A stretch of 64,000 nucleotides of DNA from Takakia lepidozioides (Eukaryota > Plantae > Bryophyta), in the NCBI GenBank assembly GCA_030704615.1, contig CM060731.1:73594001-73658000 (forward strand), read 5' to 3'. Position 1 is the stretch's first letter; every line of letters starts with the position of its first letter. A program made the position numbers and the translations under genes. A model generated the notes under the pieces. It did not search any database. It was not told where the DNA came from and saw only the letters and a list, made by a program, of their open reading frames with translations. Below are positions 1 through 14,660 of the stretch, in pieces.

Positions 1-61
1 TGAGCTTGGCCTCCCATGTCTTGTTAGCTGCCTCCAGTCATGTCCACTGCCACTATCCCAA

Positions 62-200
62 GCAGTGTGGACACAACCAATCTCCGTCAGGAACCTTATC
101 AAGAGTGGTGTCAAGCATTCCATTTGCCAACCCTTGAGCATCGATCACACACCCGCATGGTGGCTGCCCCTTTGGCAGACCCACAGAGCATGCACCTCAA
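62..200 (-). pseudogene. PHD finger at the C-terminus of the outer Gypsy pol/integrase
   Basis: Manual translation across two 1-nt frameshifts: CMLCGSAKGAATMRVCDRCSR(G)WQMECLTP(P)LDKVPDGDWLCPHC. This is C4-(H>Q)-C3 spacing with the WxCPxC end typical of PHD fingers. Confidence 0.8.
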
Positions 201-3200
201 ACCTGCAGGTACCAAACTACCAAGTTTGGGTCACTCTGCCATCGACATTGGAAGGTGACATGGCGCATAATTACGCACATGGTCCTTCCAAGTCATGCCA
301 TCCCGACCCTCCAAGATCAGGACCCCTGAGGGCAACACCTCTCGAACCCTCAGAATAACCCCCCTGCAGTAACATCCAGAGTCGTAGGAGTAGTCTGCTA
401 CAAATAAACATAGTCACCAGGGCTAAATCTCCGAACCCAGGACGATATCCTCCACCACGTATAGTGGCATACCTCAACGTATCACGGTGTTTGTGCAATG
501 GCAAGGTTCTCAAAGCCATGGGCATGACTTTCTTGAACAACTCTGCACGCTGATCACATGCACGTACCCACACTTCCGGATCGTCAAAGGTTAAGGACTT
601 GAGCAGTGTCCCTACTAATGGTTGCAGGCAAATCCGGCTCTCGGCCAAGAGAAGGAAATATGGTGAGAAGGAAGGAAGTGATGCTTGTTTGCTGAACCTG
701 TAGCCCATGGCTAACCAAGGAACCTGAAGATCTCAATCTCCTAGGTGTCCCTTCTGGCAAGCCATACTTGCGCAAACCCCTCTTCACCGTCTGAACAAGT
801 CTCTCTGCCAAGCCATCGGCCTCAGGATGATCCCGAGAATGGTGCGGTGGTCTATCAAGGCTTTATCACACAAAGCCTGAAACTACTCCCCCAAGAACTC
901 TCTCCCTTGGTCCGTGAGTACCCTCAGTTGGAGCACAAATCGGCTAAGCACACGATCCAAGAATGCATACGCAGCCCCCTCACTAGCTTTGTCAGGCAAT
1001 GGAACAACTCAATCCACTTGGAGAAGTGCTCCACCATCACCAACACATATCTGTGGTGGCGCATAGTCAGTGGCAACGGTCCTGCGAAGTCAGACTCCAC
1101 CTGTAACCCAATCCCATGATTGGTAAAGGATGCAACTGTGGTGTAGGGGCGTTGAATGAAGCACGCACCCTGTCACACATCATGCACCTAGCCACAAACT
1201 GTTGTACCTCTGTATACATACCACGCCACCAATACTGCCCCTGCAGTAAACTGTGAGTGCGTTGCACTCCAAAATGCCCCAACTCCTCATGGGCATGCCG
1301 CACTAACCGTGCACGCTGTGTGGGGTTGAGGCACAATCCGCACCCGACATCCTCCCATACTCGGAGCAGGTGTATCCCCTCCCACTTGAATCTCTTGGCT
1401 CGTTGCAGGATCCTACCCTCTCCTTGGTCAGTCACAGTGGCTGCCCTGTCTCCAGTACGGAGGTAGTCCAACACAGCCGAATCCTCATGTATATCTCTGG
1501 TATCACCTGGCTCATCACTAACCTCAGGGTCCTTAGACACTCCATCTACAGTCATCCCTGTTGTAGGTCCAACCTGACCTCCCGATGCCAAGATACACAA
1601 AAAGACAGATGCATGCCATCCCGACACTATCTCCTCGTCCGTCTCACCATGCCACCGAGCTCCAGTGTCATCCTGCTGGCTCGTGCATGGATTGCGACTC
1701 AATCATCCGCATCCCAATTGACCAAACCCGTCGATGCACAACCTGAAAGTCATACTCCTGGAGTATGAGTGCCCACCGTGCAAGCTTCCCCGTAAGCTTG
1801 TCTGACTCCATCAACCACTTGAGTGGCTGGTGATCCGTGACAAGGATGAAGAGATTGCCGTATAGATAGCACCTGAATTGTGCCACGGCCCACTCTGTAG
1901 CTAAGCACTCTCCCTCATATAAGCTGTACTTAGCCTCTACAGCGTTGTTTGAGCGGCTAGCATAAGCCACTACGAACTCTCTTCCCTCATCCACCTATGT
2001 GAGCACGCTCCAAGCCCCAGCAGCTCCAATCCATCCGTATCAGCTGAAAGGGACGCCCCCTGATAGGTCGTCTCAGATAGGCGCCGAGGCCAACCTCGCC
2101 TTGAGCTCTTGAAAAGCTCGTTCCTCTCATCTTCCACTGCCACTCCTAGTCCACCTTGGTCAGCTTGGTTAGAGCCTTTGCAATGGCACTAAATCCCTTG
2201 ACAAACCGTCTATAATAGTTTGCCAACCCCATAAAGCTCGAACTCGGCTCACATCCGTGGGGCGTGAATTTGTGCAATGGCCTCTACCTTAGTCTGTGTA
2301 CCCCCAATCCTCCAGGATATATCATGTACCCAAATACTCAATCTGGTTGTGGAAAAACTTGCACTTTCCCCCGGATGCAACTTCAATCCGTGCGCTCTCA
2401 AGCGCTCCATACCCCACCTGAGGTTTCTCTCATGCTCCTCCACCGTAGCACTAAAGATGATGATGTCATTTATGTAGCACCGGCAAAGTCCACCCCTGCT
2501 AGATTCCATCCATGACTCTCTGAAACTCTGTAGGAGCGTCTTAAGCCCAAATGGTAAGAACCGCCACTGATATAGTCAATCCTTGCCGTGCTCATTGATC
2601 CCCCAAATGTCGTCTTCTGTTGTCCGCCTCCTTGATCGGCAACTGGTGATATCCGGATCGTAAATCCAAAGTGCTAAAGACCTAGCATGCCCATGGCATC
2701 AAAGATCTCCTCTGTTTTGGCATGGCATACTTATCGGACTTGGTCTGCTGACGATTTACAGGCCGGTAATCAACCCGCACATACGTCTCTCCGTCCAATT
2801 GCCATAGACATCCTTCTTGGCTGGCATCAATGTGGCTTGAAGCATCCTCTCCACCAGAGAGCTCACCACCAAACCTACCCTCCCCAGAGATCTGAGTCCT
2901 CATCTGAATCAAAGACCTCTCCATGTCACTGTATACTATAGGGTCTCCGAAAGATTTGCGTTTCAGTGGCTATCTCAATACGAATCTCTGACCCTTCAGT
3001 GCTCCCAAGTCCTCAAACTGAAGGCAAAGCAATTCCTGTAAGCCTCAGGAACCGCTGTATACGTCTTTCTCTGTCCGTCTCGGTGACAATGGGTCCAATG
3101 TCAGGCTCCCAATTGTCCTCCGTAACTGCACAACCTTAAGTCCGTGGGCCTTAGAGGTAGAGGACACGTCCAGTGTTTCTATGTTGCAACCTCTTGAGTC

Positions 3201-6200
3201 AGTACTCCCTACCTGCTTATCATTGACAAGGCCTCATCTGCCCCATCATCTCATCTCTCAGGACTTCCTCAACCCGAGAAAATCCCCAACCTCATCCATC
3301 ACACCTCCCACCTCCATTGGCTGCCACTCCTCCTCTGACCTCGAGCACCTTCCCACGTGTGCCATGGATTGCCTGCACCCCGTGGTCCTCACATGCTCGC
3401 CCTCCACTCACTGCCTGTACATCTTCGGTAGGCAGAGAGACCATCGAGGGAAGTGTAACTCCCAACTCTGCGTTGCTCAGCCATAGCGCCAAGCTGATAA
3501 TCCACTCAAGCAATTGAGATCCATTGCTTGCCCCAACACCTGACGACATGATGCCTCAGAAAGATACGACACCGCCGTGGTACCAGTGGTAAAACCCATT
3601 GCCCCCGCTCACGCTCGTCAGCATTAGGCTCCACTAACTGCTTCAAAAAACTGAGCACCCACAGGAGGCCAGGTCCACTATCCTGGAAAGCATGCGATCC
3701 TGGGAAGCTGAGCATGTAGATAATGCTGCTCTTGGTTGAGCCACCTTGTTGACCACTGCCAAAAGCGAACGTCATCATGTTTCACAAGCTGAGACTGCCC
3801 TCACCTGTGTCAGAATGCTATCCACTGTGAGATGTGCTGGCCGCTGCAACCCCATCAAATGCACGCTTGAGCAGTGCGGATGGCATCAAGTTAGTCCACC
3901 ATAGCCGTAGGCGATGAGCCCCGACCCCACTGTAGCTGCATCTAGGCAACACTGCTGACCCAAGCCACTACCGACTTGATGCACACTGGCCTCACCCTGG
4001 CCAAGAATCGCCCATCAGTGGCACAATCTCCAAGATGTATGTTGGAGATACAGCTTGATGAGCTGCAAAGTGGCGCAAAACCCGCACTATCTCCCAAAAA
4101 ACAGACCCCAACCTCGATCTCGCAATCCATTGCCATGCCCGCTGATGAATGCCCTTGGCAGGGCCAACCTGCCCTACCAGATCAATGGTGCCAACCCGCT
4201 CCAATCCTGCGCCCCCACCACGAATTGTCTGCTGGCAAAAGGCCTGTTGATATCCCACGAACTGGCAGACACCGGACAACAACAATCAGGTACCGCTGCA
4301 CCAACTGAGCAACATGGCGAAGTGAAATGCGTCGTGCAGTCTCATCCCTCTCCACATACATGTAACGCCAACTCGTACACCCTGTCTGAGTACACAGCAG
4401 CCAATCCGGTGTTGATCCCTCCAAACAAGTCCAGAAGACAATGCTTCATCCGGATACTGCCACACAATAGGTATGTGTCCCATGGAACAACTGAGTGGTC
4501 CCTGGTGCAATCCCCAGCACTCTCCTCCCCTCATCTCCTGCTGTACAAAAGCCCCCACGACTGGTTGTGGTCACCCGTCCATCAGCAACCCGCTGCAATC
4601 CTTGCTCGTGCCCCACAATGGAGTCTGAGCAACCATGGCAGCAACTCCGCCATACCATACATGTCATCATGCTCTCCCGGAGGTTGCACATCCTCTGAAT
4701 GAGCGTTGCCCTCAAGCACTCTCCAGCCAATCACTGCCGCTGTGAATGCTGCTAGTGTCGGTAATCTTTCCATCGCTGGGCAACCGCAACTCCTCCTAGA
4801 ACGTCACAGGGAGCTGCCACGCCGGCCCTCCCCTGACTGCCATCCAGGCCTAATAGAAAGCCGACTCCTCCCAAAATCCAGGGTGAAGCCCTAGGGTACA
4901 ACACTGCCCCCCAATCAGGACATCGTATGAGACCGCGTCTATTACAATGGCCTTGGCTCGTATCACCGAGCCATCTGTAGGGTGATCTCGCCGTAGTCTG
5001 ATAGCCAACTCACGCCGTTGTCATGCCTCGAGCCTGCTCCGATCCTCCCAGAGACGTCTGTATCTGGAAAGGACAAGGCTCCATATCCGCCTCCGTGAGG
5101 CCCAAGCCTACAATAGCAGCTCTGCCCCAGCATCAATGGCTGAGCTCCCGAGTCCAACAAGACCCGTAGTGGCCGGTCATCTTGCCTGCCGGTCCACTCA
5201 AACAGAAAATGTCATCCTGGTTGTCTAACATGATAACTCCAGGTGTCACCATGGCGCGCTCAATGGCTGGCCTAGCTGCTGGCAAGCTCCATCAACCTGC
5301 AGCTGCAGCTTGCCATGGCGCTGCCCGCCAGTCTTGACCCTCAAATCCGAGGATCCTCCGGTACTACACCCTCCCCACTATCTCCGCAGAAGATGAAATA
5401 ACTTCCCCACTCTCACAGAGTGTAGCTGCCAGCCTGAACACCTCAGCTGGTCTTATTTCCCCGGCGTTGCAATCATTGGTAGCCGAGACAATGGAGCCTG
5501 GCACACAGATGTGGCCGCTCCCAGCCGCACACTAGCTGCCATCGCCTTGGCAACACTAGGTAGTGGTGCTACCCGTGTAGCTCTCTCCCCATGGCATAGT
5601 AACCTACACCTCCGCCTCGGTAACAGTCGGGCGAGAACTAGGTGCCATGGATGGCGTCAACATTGTCTCCGCCAATGTGAATGACTGAGGAAGCCTAGCC
5701 TGATGGCTTGCCTCCCCACGCTGTGGATCCAACTCCACCTCTGCACCTGGAACTCGTGCTGCTCTGCTCCTCGAGTCACGGCTGCAGCAGACTCCACCTG
5801 CACTAGTGGTAGTGCTGCCTCCGCACATGAATCCCATGCCTCCCATATCTCCTCCCTCAGGAGCAGGAGTGGACCATCCGGCCTTGGATCCGGTACCACC
5901 TGAGCTGTAGCCATGGCAGCGGCCTCTCCTCTAGCTGCTGAAGCCGGTTGGCCATGCCTTTGGCAACACCCTGACCTCCGCGTCCTTGGCCATGTTGAGC
6001 TTGCCCTTGGCCGCCCTCGTGCTGGCCACCTCGTCCTCTCTGGGCTGCTCCACCTCGCCCCCGGCCACCTTTGTTCCCTTGGAACTGGCCTGGGCGCAAC
6101 TCAGGATGCAAACCATAACACTGGGCCTCTCCATGCCCGTGCTTGCCACAATACCACACTGCCAACTGTGCAGGCTGTGTGCATGGTCCGCGCCCTTTGC

Positions 6201-8084
6201 CTCCCTCTGGGCATCCTTCTTAACATGGGGTCCTCCACATGTCCAGCACACCACATCCACCCGTTTGTTGGCCAGCAAATGAAGGGAGAGACCCCTGCAT
6301 CTGAGGTCCTGTCTGCCCTTCCCTGAGCTTCACCTGAGCCCCCTTGTTGCCTTGAGCATGTTGAGGTAGTGGTTGGCTAGGAGCACACCACTACCCCGTG
6401 GTGTCTCCTTAGCAAATCCCACCATGACCACACTCGCTCCTCCACCATGTTGATCTCTATCCGCTTTGCCAGCAAAAACTATTTGCTAAGGTGGGTTGGG
6501 GCCGCTCGTAGGAGAGTTGCAACCCGCACCCTTCTCCTCAGCTCCTTGTCCAATATCCCATACCAGAATTGGCTGCCTGAGCTTCCGTAACCCCTTGGTT
6601 TACATTTATCAAGCGCCTCATGCGAGTGAAAGCCTCCCTCAAGCTCTCAGTAGGCTTTCGTTGGAACTCTTGCAAGCTCCACAACTTCTCTGTCCTCACC
6701 CCTTGGTAGTTCCCTCTTAACTATTCGAAGAACTCCACAACAGGGTTGAAGGCAGGCACCCGCCACTGGTGCTGGTGCGGCAGTAGCTTGGGTGGACGTC
6801 GTCTACTGTACCACCATCCCACTAGTCCCACTGCTCTTTGCTGAAGCTGCCGTTGCAGCGGTAAGATGTAGCCCTACTGCCCTCGTGGCTCTAGTGCCCC
6901 TAGTGATGGAGACATAGTCGGGTGACCAGTACATCCTCCACTCCTCCTTGATCTCAACCTCATGCCCCCGCCTGAACTCATGGTAATCATCCATAGGCGG
7001 CCCCTCAAGGTGCTGAAACAGCCCCTTCCATGCCATGAAAGGCGTAAATAGTTGTGGATTGCGCATTTGCTGCAAATCACACCAACTATCAAACTCTTGG
7101 ATAAAATCATCCAACTCGATGGTGCCCACCGCCCCAGAGTACCTTTGTGGCCCCTTGGTAGCTCCATACATCTCCTCCCTTGTGTCCCACAACAATGGCA
7201 AGGAAACAACTTGCACCGCCGGTATGAGTCCTCCTGATTCACAATCTGAATCAGAACCTTCCGTAGAAGACACAGGAGGTGAAGATGGCCTAACCGCACA
7301 CCTCGTCTCGTGTACCCCTAGTATCGCTAGTGCTCGAACCGACACTGTCCCCCCGCACTAGTGGCACCTCTGTTTTGACACACTGTCATTCAACCGGTCA
7401 TGAACATGTCCCTAACCCCTTCTCCACAAGGTAACCGGGTAGAGAACCTGTTGCGGCTTATGGTTTGGAATACTAGGTTCCTACCATAGCCTACACCTGT
7501 ACCTGCATCCACCGCAAGTACTCCTATGGTTGGCTGGTCAATCACCTCCAACCTCACCACATGAGAAACAATGATGGTCTGGCTGGTCATCACCCCAGCC
7601 TCACCATCGACAACATGCTTTAGGACTGGCCGGTGATCAAATCCGGACCAATCACCTATAAAAACAGCGCCCACACAAAACTACATGGCGCACAGTCAAG
7701 CATGCAGGTATGGAGGGGATCCAAACACAAGACATCAGAATGACAACTCTCCCACAAAAAACAACTCCACTGTGTTGCTCCTGCAAGGACACCCCAGCCC
7801 AAACCCGGACTGACTCTTGCCTCCACCTATGGAAAGGTCTTGGCCTAATAGAGGGTGGAAACTATGAGGAAGAGAACTAAAGCAATGCCTACCCCAGCAT
7901 GCCCTCATCCCAACACTCTTCCTCTCCTCCTCTCTTCCCTCACTTGCATGACCATTGGGAATATCATGAAGATACTCTCAAACAAAACCGCCCTCCACGA
8001 GCTTCAAAATTCGGCCTCAAGACCACATGCCAGTCCTTAGGCAGTCCACCGTGCCTCCACGTCTCGTCAGCACAAGCCGTCCAC

Positions 8085-8815
8085 AGGTCAACACTGGTCC
8101 ACCACAGCCAGCACACAGCCCCACAGATCACTGGTCACAGCCGTCACACAAGCCCCACACACTGCCACAGCCTGTCACAACCCTACACAGGTCACTGGTC
8201 ACAGCCCCACAGGTCGCAGCCTGTCACAGCCCATCACAACCCCAAAGGCCACAGGCACAACCTGTCACACACGCCCTACAAAGGTCACAGGGTCATAGCC
8301 CCAAAGGCCACAGCCTATCACATTCCGTCACAGCCCCACAAGGCCACATCGCACAGCCTGTCACAGCCCCTACACAGTCACAGGGGTCACACCAGCCTCA
8401 AAGGCCACAGCTTGTCACAACCCCTCACAGCCCTCATAGCCCACAGGCCACAGGGCATAGCCTGTCACAAGCCCCTCACAAAGCCCATCCACAGCGTGTC
8501 ACAGCCCGTCAGAGCCCCACGGCCACAGGGCACCCCTGTCACACAGCCCCTCACAAGCCCACCACAGCCTGTCACACACGCCCATCACAGCCCCACAGGC
8601 CACAGGGCAACAAGCCTGTCATAGCTCGCCACAGCCCCTCACAGCCCACCGCCACTGGGCCATAGCCTGTCACAGCCCGCCCACAACCTATACACAGCCC
8701 CTCACAGCCCCATCACAGCATGTACTCCAGCCTCACAGCCCATCACAGCCCCACAGGCCACAGGGCACAGCCTATCACAGCCCGTCACAACAACGCCCCA
8801 CAGCCACTCATTGAC
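8085..8815. repeat. Low-complexity tandem array (cacagccc / gtcacag units) in the leader of the outer Gypsy
   Basis: Dozens of degenerate cacagcc(c/t) and gtcacag units; these create the spurious His/Ser/Pro/Thr/Gln-rich ORFs 7899-8624 and 8027-8665. Confidence 0.85.
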
Positions 8816-11800
8816 AGTTTAGCCATTTCTCCAGGGGTTTAGCCATGCCAAGCTAGGGTTTATGTGTCTCTTGGACCTAGGCTTCTTGCACCGAGCTATC
8901 TATGGCGGCTGTGAAAGAAATCAGCAAGATTTCTTGCTCTTTCGGCTCCCACAACACCACCATAGTAGCCCTATCCATAGGAAGATGGTTGCCACAAACC
9001 AAGCCTTCTTTCTCACTTAGACTCCCCAAACACGCCACTAAACTCAATGACAACAACCAAGCCTTGCTGTTTCCAGCCCTTGTGAGCACTCATTCAGGTG
9101 TTTTCCTTGGCCCTAGCATCTGTCTAGAGCCTATTCCAGCCCCCTACACTTGCCACTTCAAGAGCCATGCTCTATCTAGGCTTGAGGTTTTAAACCCCAC
9201 CTCACATATGCCCTACAAGTGCTTTTCTTTCACCCAATTGGGACCAGCCCTAGCCCTTCCATTCTAGCTCTCTAAAGCTTGAAAACAAAAGCCCATGGAC
9301 TGAAGGCATGCTCCACACATGCCCCACTCTCACCACAAGAGAATCAGCCCCTTTGCTTCATTTCTTGCACCCACCAACCTGAAAACACACGCTTCAGCGG
9401 GCTGGAAGCATGCTCCACACATGCCCTACAGGGAAAACCAGCCCCTTCCTTCCTTTCTTGCACTCCCAACCTGAAAGTACGAGCCTTCAACAGACTGAAG
9501 CATGCTCCACACATGCTTGCTCTCACATAAGGGAAGTCAGCCCTTCCCTCTTCCTTGCTTGCCCTCCAACTTGAAGATGGAAGCTTCAATGTCGCGCACC
9601 TCACTTCGGTAAGCTCCCCCCTCAAGTCATAGTTACTCGCTTGATGCGCGCGCCTAACTCCAACCCTGGCCGCCCGGGCCAACTTGGAGCTCCGACTGCT
9701 CACCGGGGCATAACGGTCCCCCTTTGATCTCCCAAAGAACCCTCCAATGATTTGGAACCAGCGGAATTCCCTTTGGTAGCTGGCAGTCCGGAATAGCTCC
9801 CCACACCTTCCTCGCTTGCCACTGCCCCCACCACAGGGGCAACCCCTCTTGTGTCCTGACCCCCCTGCCCTCAAGGCAAAGGGCCCGACACACACACCCC
9901 TACCAACAGGGAGTCGATGTCCTCATCGGCTTGTCCATTTTGTGGAAACGAACATCCAAGTTGTTGCGTCCCACATCTCCGTACCATGGCGTCCCATGGC
10001 AAAGAACCAAACCCACACTTGACTCTACTCTCCACTAGCTAGTTCGGGCCGACTTCCTCCAAGTCCCGGGCCAAGGGTGGAGCCTCTCAAGCTCCTCCCA
10101 GTGCACTCTTCTTGGCCTACTTCAAGGCCAATGAACGATCCTCCCCGAGGATCGAATCGCCTTACTGCAACAACATTGCTTGCGACCGCTCATGATGCCG
10201 CTTTTGGCATCACCTTGAGCAAGGGTTCACCTCGAACCCTCTTTGACTATGAAGATAACCTTGAACCAACCCGCGCGCCCCAATCATTACAATTGGGTCC
10301 GCCTTGGAATGCTGGCCTTAGGTACGGGAACACGCCGAAGCCGCACTACGACTTCGTCCCGAGGCTACACGATTATAGTACGTGAACGGAAGCACGTAGC
10401 TTCCGCGTTAGCCCGCACTACAAAGCAACCCCCTCGGTAGCGTAGTTATAGTATGCGCACGCGCCAGGTGCGCACTAGCACGTGAACTCCCAAAGAAGGC
10501 GCAAGTTTCCTTGCCCCTTGGATGGGAGTCACCCGATTTCCGGCACTGCGCAACACACACGATTTAACCCAATTTAACCTCTCCCACTTTTGTAAGCTTG
10601 CATGCATTCTACACACTAGCCAACCACACCATGCATCACCATTCCAAACAAAATAGGACGCACAACATTTGGAACCCATTTTCCTTTATAAATAACAAAT
10701 TTTTTGTACAATACAAGTTTTTGCAATCGGATTCCTAAGCTAGTTAAGCCGGGATAAGCATGCATTTCCTCCCCTACGCTCAAGGTTTGATGTCCCCATC
10801 ACGCTTCTTTCCGCTTTTGAGGTCGCCCTTCGAAAACTGCAAACCCGCCTCGGATGCGTTTCCCCATTTCTGAGGCACGCACCCAAGATGCCTCCACAAG
10901 ATGATAGCCCTTCCATTTTGACGAATACTCCGTTTCTCGGTTCTTGACCTCCTCGACTAAAAGTACTGCTCCACTCATACTCATGTTCATTTTCATGATC
11001 TAACAGCACAGGTGGCGGACGCAACACTTGATGCCGATTCGGACGCGCTTCATCTTTGAAGTAAGGCTTCAAAGGGAGACGTGGAATACTGGATGAACCT
11101 TGCTGTTTTGCCGGCAGCTCCAATTCATACACATCCTCATTCATAACCTTCCAGATGCGAAAGGGTCCCGCATACGGAGGTACGAACTTTGGACTCACTT
11201 CCGGAGGTAGTCGGAAATTCTTGATGTTCAACCAGACCTCCGTGCCTGCCTCAACTTCACTTCCCTCCGCTTCCGATTCACCTTGCCTTTCATACCGTTT
11301 CCTAGCTTTGGCAATGTTGTACTTTGCAAGCTTCAACAAACGCTCGCGTTCTTCCAGTACCACCCCGCCGTTACTGCTGGTTCCTCAACGTCCTGGGCGG
11401 CCCACTTGTCGGCACCAGAGGTGCTTTTCCATAGACCAATACGAAAGGGGAAACTCCCGTTGCGGAGTGTTCTGTGTTTTATAACAGAACTCTGCCGCGT
11501 CTAAGTGTTCCACCCAGTCTGTTTGGTCTGCACACGTAATTCCCGCAAGAATTGCTTCACTACGGAATTCACTCTTTCCGTTTGGCCGTCCGTCGTAGGT
11601 CGGAAGGCGGTGCTCATCTTTAGCCTTGTCCCCATCTTCTTCCAAAGTGCCCTCCAAAATTTACTCGTAAACTTTTGATCGCGGTCCGAGACAATATCCT
11701 TCGGACTCCATGATGCTTTAAGACGTGGGCGAAGTAAAGTCGCCCTGTTTCCTGCGCCGTTGCCGTCTCCTTGGTGTGGGATGAAATGGCCCATTTTACT

Positions 11801-12655
11801 GAACCTATCCACCACCACCATGATTGCATCGAATCCTTTTGACAGCGGCATAGCAGTCATGAAATCCATCGAGATGCTTTCCCAAGTCCCCTCTGGAACG
11901 GGCAAGGGTTATAACAGCCCTGCTTGCTTTTTGTACTCGCTCCGGTTTTGTTGGCATGTGGTGCATGTCTTGACATACTCCTCTGCCTCCTCCCTCAGTT
12001 TGGGCCAGAAATACTCTTTCTTCAAGAGTGTCGCAGTGCGCTTGGCTCCGCCGTGGCCCGCAAGCGGGCTATCATGACATTATCTCAAGAGGCTATCTCT
12101 GATCCCTCCCTTAGGCACGTAGAGACACTTTTGCTTATACCGGAGCAGTCCATTTTGCAAATGGAACTGTTATTTAAACCCCATCCTCAGGTCCTGCATC
12201 ACGGACTTCGCCAGCTCATCCTTTCGGCAAGCCTTCCGGATCTTCCTTTGGAGCGCCGTCTCGCCCCTGTACACCAACATAAGCTACTGCTTTCTACTTA
12301 AAGCATCGGCCCACCACGTTGTCATGTCCCGGTTTGTACTGGATATCCACGTCGAACACCGCCAAAGTATCTTGCCACCTAAGTTGTTTGGGGACAACTT
12401 GGGCTGCGTGGCAAAATACTTCACCGTGACATTGTCCGTGAACACCTTCACTGGGTTGGAACCAACATAGTGGCGCCAAAGCTCAAGACAGTGCACCACC
12501 GCCTTCATCTCTTTCTCGTGCGTCGGCCACCGTCGCTCCACTTCATTCAGTTTCTTACTTTCGTAAGCCACTAGACGTCCATCTTGCATCAGTACACCCC
12601 CAATTGCGAAGTCCGACGCATCTGTATGAATCTCGAACGGACGATCGAACTCCAG

Positions 12656-14591
12656 GCCGGCAAACAGTAGGTGCACCCAGTATTCCATGTCTCCCTTTTG
12701 AAGCCTTACTTCAAAGATGAAGCGCGTCCGAATCGGCATCAAATGTTGCGTCCGCCACCTATGCTGTTGGATCATGAAAATGAACCTGAGTACGAGGTGG
12801 AGGCAATACTTAAGTCGATGAGGTTTAGGAACCGAGAAACGGAGTATCTCGTGGAAAGGGCTATCATCATGTGGAGGCATCTTGGGTGCGTGCCTCAGAA
12901 ATGGGAAACGCATCCGAGGCGGTTGCAGCTTTCGAAGGGCGACCACAAAAGCGGAAGAACGTTGATGGGGACATCACCTTGGAGCGTGGGGGAGGAAATG
13001 CATGCTTAGCCCGGTTTAGCTAGCTCAAGAATCCGATTGCAAAAACTTGTATTGTACAAAATTTTGTTATAAAGGAATGGGTTCCAAATATTGTGCGTCC
13101 TATTTGTGTTTGGAATGGTGATGCATGGTGTGGTTGGCTAGTGTGTAGAATGCATGCTAACTTACAAAAGTGGGAGAGGTTAATTGGGTTAATCGTGTGT
13201 TTGCGCAGTGCCGAAATCGGGTGACTCCCATCCAAGGGCAAGGAAACTTGCGCCTTCTTGGGAGTTCACGTGCTAGTGCGTACCTGGCGCGTGCGCGTAC
13301 TATAACTTTGCTACCGAGGGGGTTGCCTGTAGTGCGGGCTACCGCGGAAGCTACGTGCTTCCGTTCACGTACTATAATCGTGTAGCCTCGGGACGAAGTC
13401 GTAGTGCGGCTTCGGTGTGTTCCCGTACTCAGGCCAGCATTCCAAGGCGGACCCAATTGTAGTGATTGGGCGCACGGTTGGTTCAAGGTTATCTTCCTAG
13501 TCAAAGAGGGTTCCAAGTGAACCCTTGCTCAAGGTGATGCCAAAGCGGCATCATGAGCGATCGCAAGCAATGTTGTTGCAGTAATGCGATTCGATCCTCG
13601 GGAGGATCGTTCCTTGGCCTTGAAGTAGGCCAAGAAGAGTGCACTGGGAGGAGCTGGAGAGGCTCCATCCTTGGCTGTGGACTTGGAGGAAGTCGGCCGA
13701 ACTAGCTAGTGGAGAGTAGAGTCAAGTGTGGGGTTTGGTTCTTTGCCATGGGACCCATGGTACGGAACCAAACTCCTTGATGTGGGACGCCACAACTTGG
13801 ATGTTCGTTTCTATAAAATGGACAAGTCGATGAGGACATCGACTCCCTGTTGGTAGGGGTGTGTGTCGCGGCCCTTTGCCTGTGGGCAGGGAGGTCCGGA
13901 CACGAGTGGGGCTGCCCCTGTGGTGGGGGCAGTAGCAGCGATAGGTACGGGGGCTGAAGCACCCTTGAGTGAGTGCCCAAGGCACTCAAGGAGACGGAGG
14001 CGCTCACTAGGTGGAGCCCCGCACACCGGGTTGCGGTGGGGGTGGCTCCACAAGGGGTGGTGGTAGCTTAGTGGGACTTAGTGGGGTGGCATAGGACTCA
14101 CCATGGGGGTGGAGACCTCGTGTGGGAGTCGTGGGGAGTCTTTGGGACTCATCACGGTCCATAAGGGCCGTGGTGAGCGGGGCCAAGACTCACCGCGACT
14201 CACCACCGGGAATCGAGGGTCTTCGTGGTTGTTCGCCATAAAATGGCTGGCTGGTTGTGAAACCCCGCGGACAGCTACAGAAAAGTATATGTAGGGAGTA
14301 GTAACCCCAGAAACGGTGCAAGCCCGTTGGTGACCAAAACTAGTGAGTAAGCTAGCTGGCCCGAAAGCGACCAAAAGAGTGGGGAGCTGTTCCGACTGCC
14401 ATCTACTCAAGGGAATTCTCCTAGTCCCAATTAGGTGAGGGTTTTAGAGGGAAGCGAAGGGGACCGTTATGTCCCGGTGAGCAGCCGAATCTCCAAGTTG
14501 GCCCGGCGGCCAGGTTGGGAGTCAGGCGCGCGCATCAAAGCGAGAGTAACTATGACTTGAAGGGGAGTTTACCGAAGTGAGGTGCGCGACA
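12656..14591 (+). mobile_element. Inverted 3' part of a related chromovirus (integrase end + chromodomain, 3' UTR, longer LTR 13864-14591)
   Basis: HPVFHVSLLKPY...EYEVEAILK..R.R..EYLV chromodomain on +; sequence mirrors 9590-11120; the LTR starts TGTCGCGG at 13864, ends GCGCGACA at 14591 and has an extra ~400 bp internal segment. Confidence 0.85.
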
Positions 14592-14660
14592 GCTTTTGCT
14601 TTGGCTTGCCCGACCCCATGATGAGGCCAATCCCAAGGACGATCGCGTACTGAACTCTAA

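Noticed and set aside
7899-8665. Two long overlapping ORFs (241 and 212 aa) rich in H/S/P/T/Q
   Set aside because: Product of a stop-free tandem repeat in the Gypsy leader; no domain signal.
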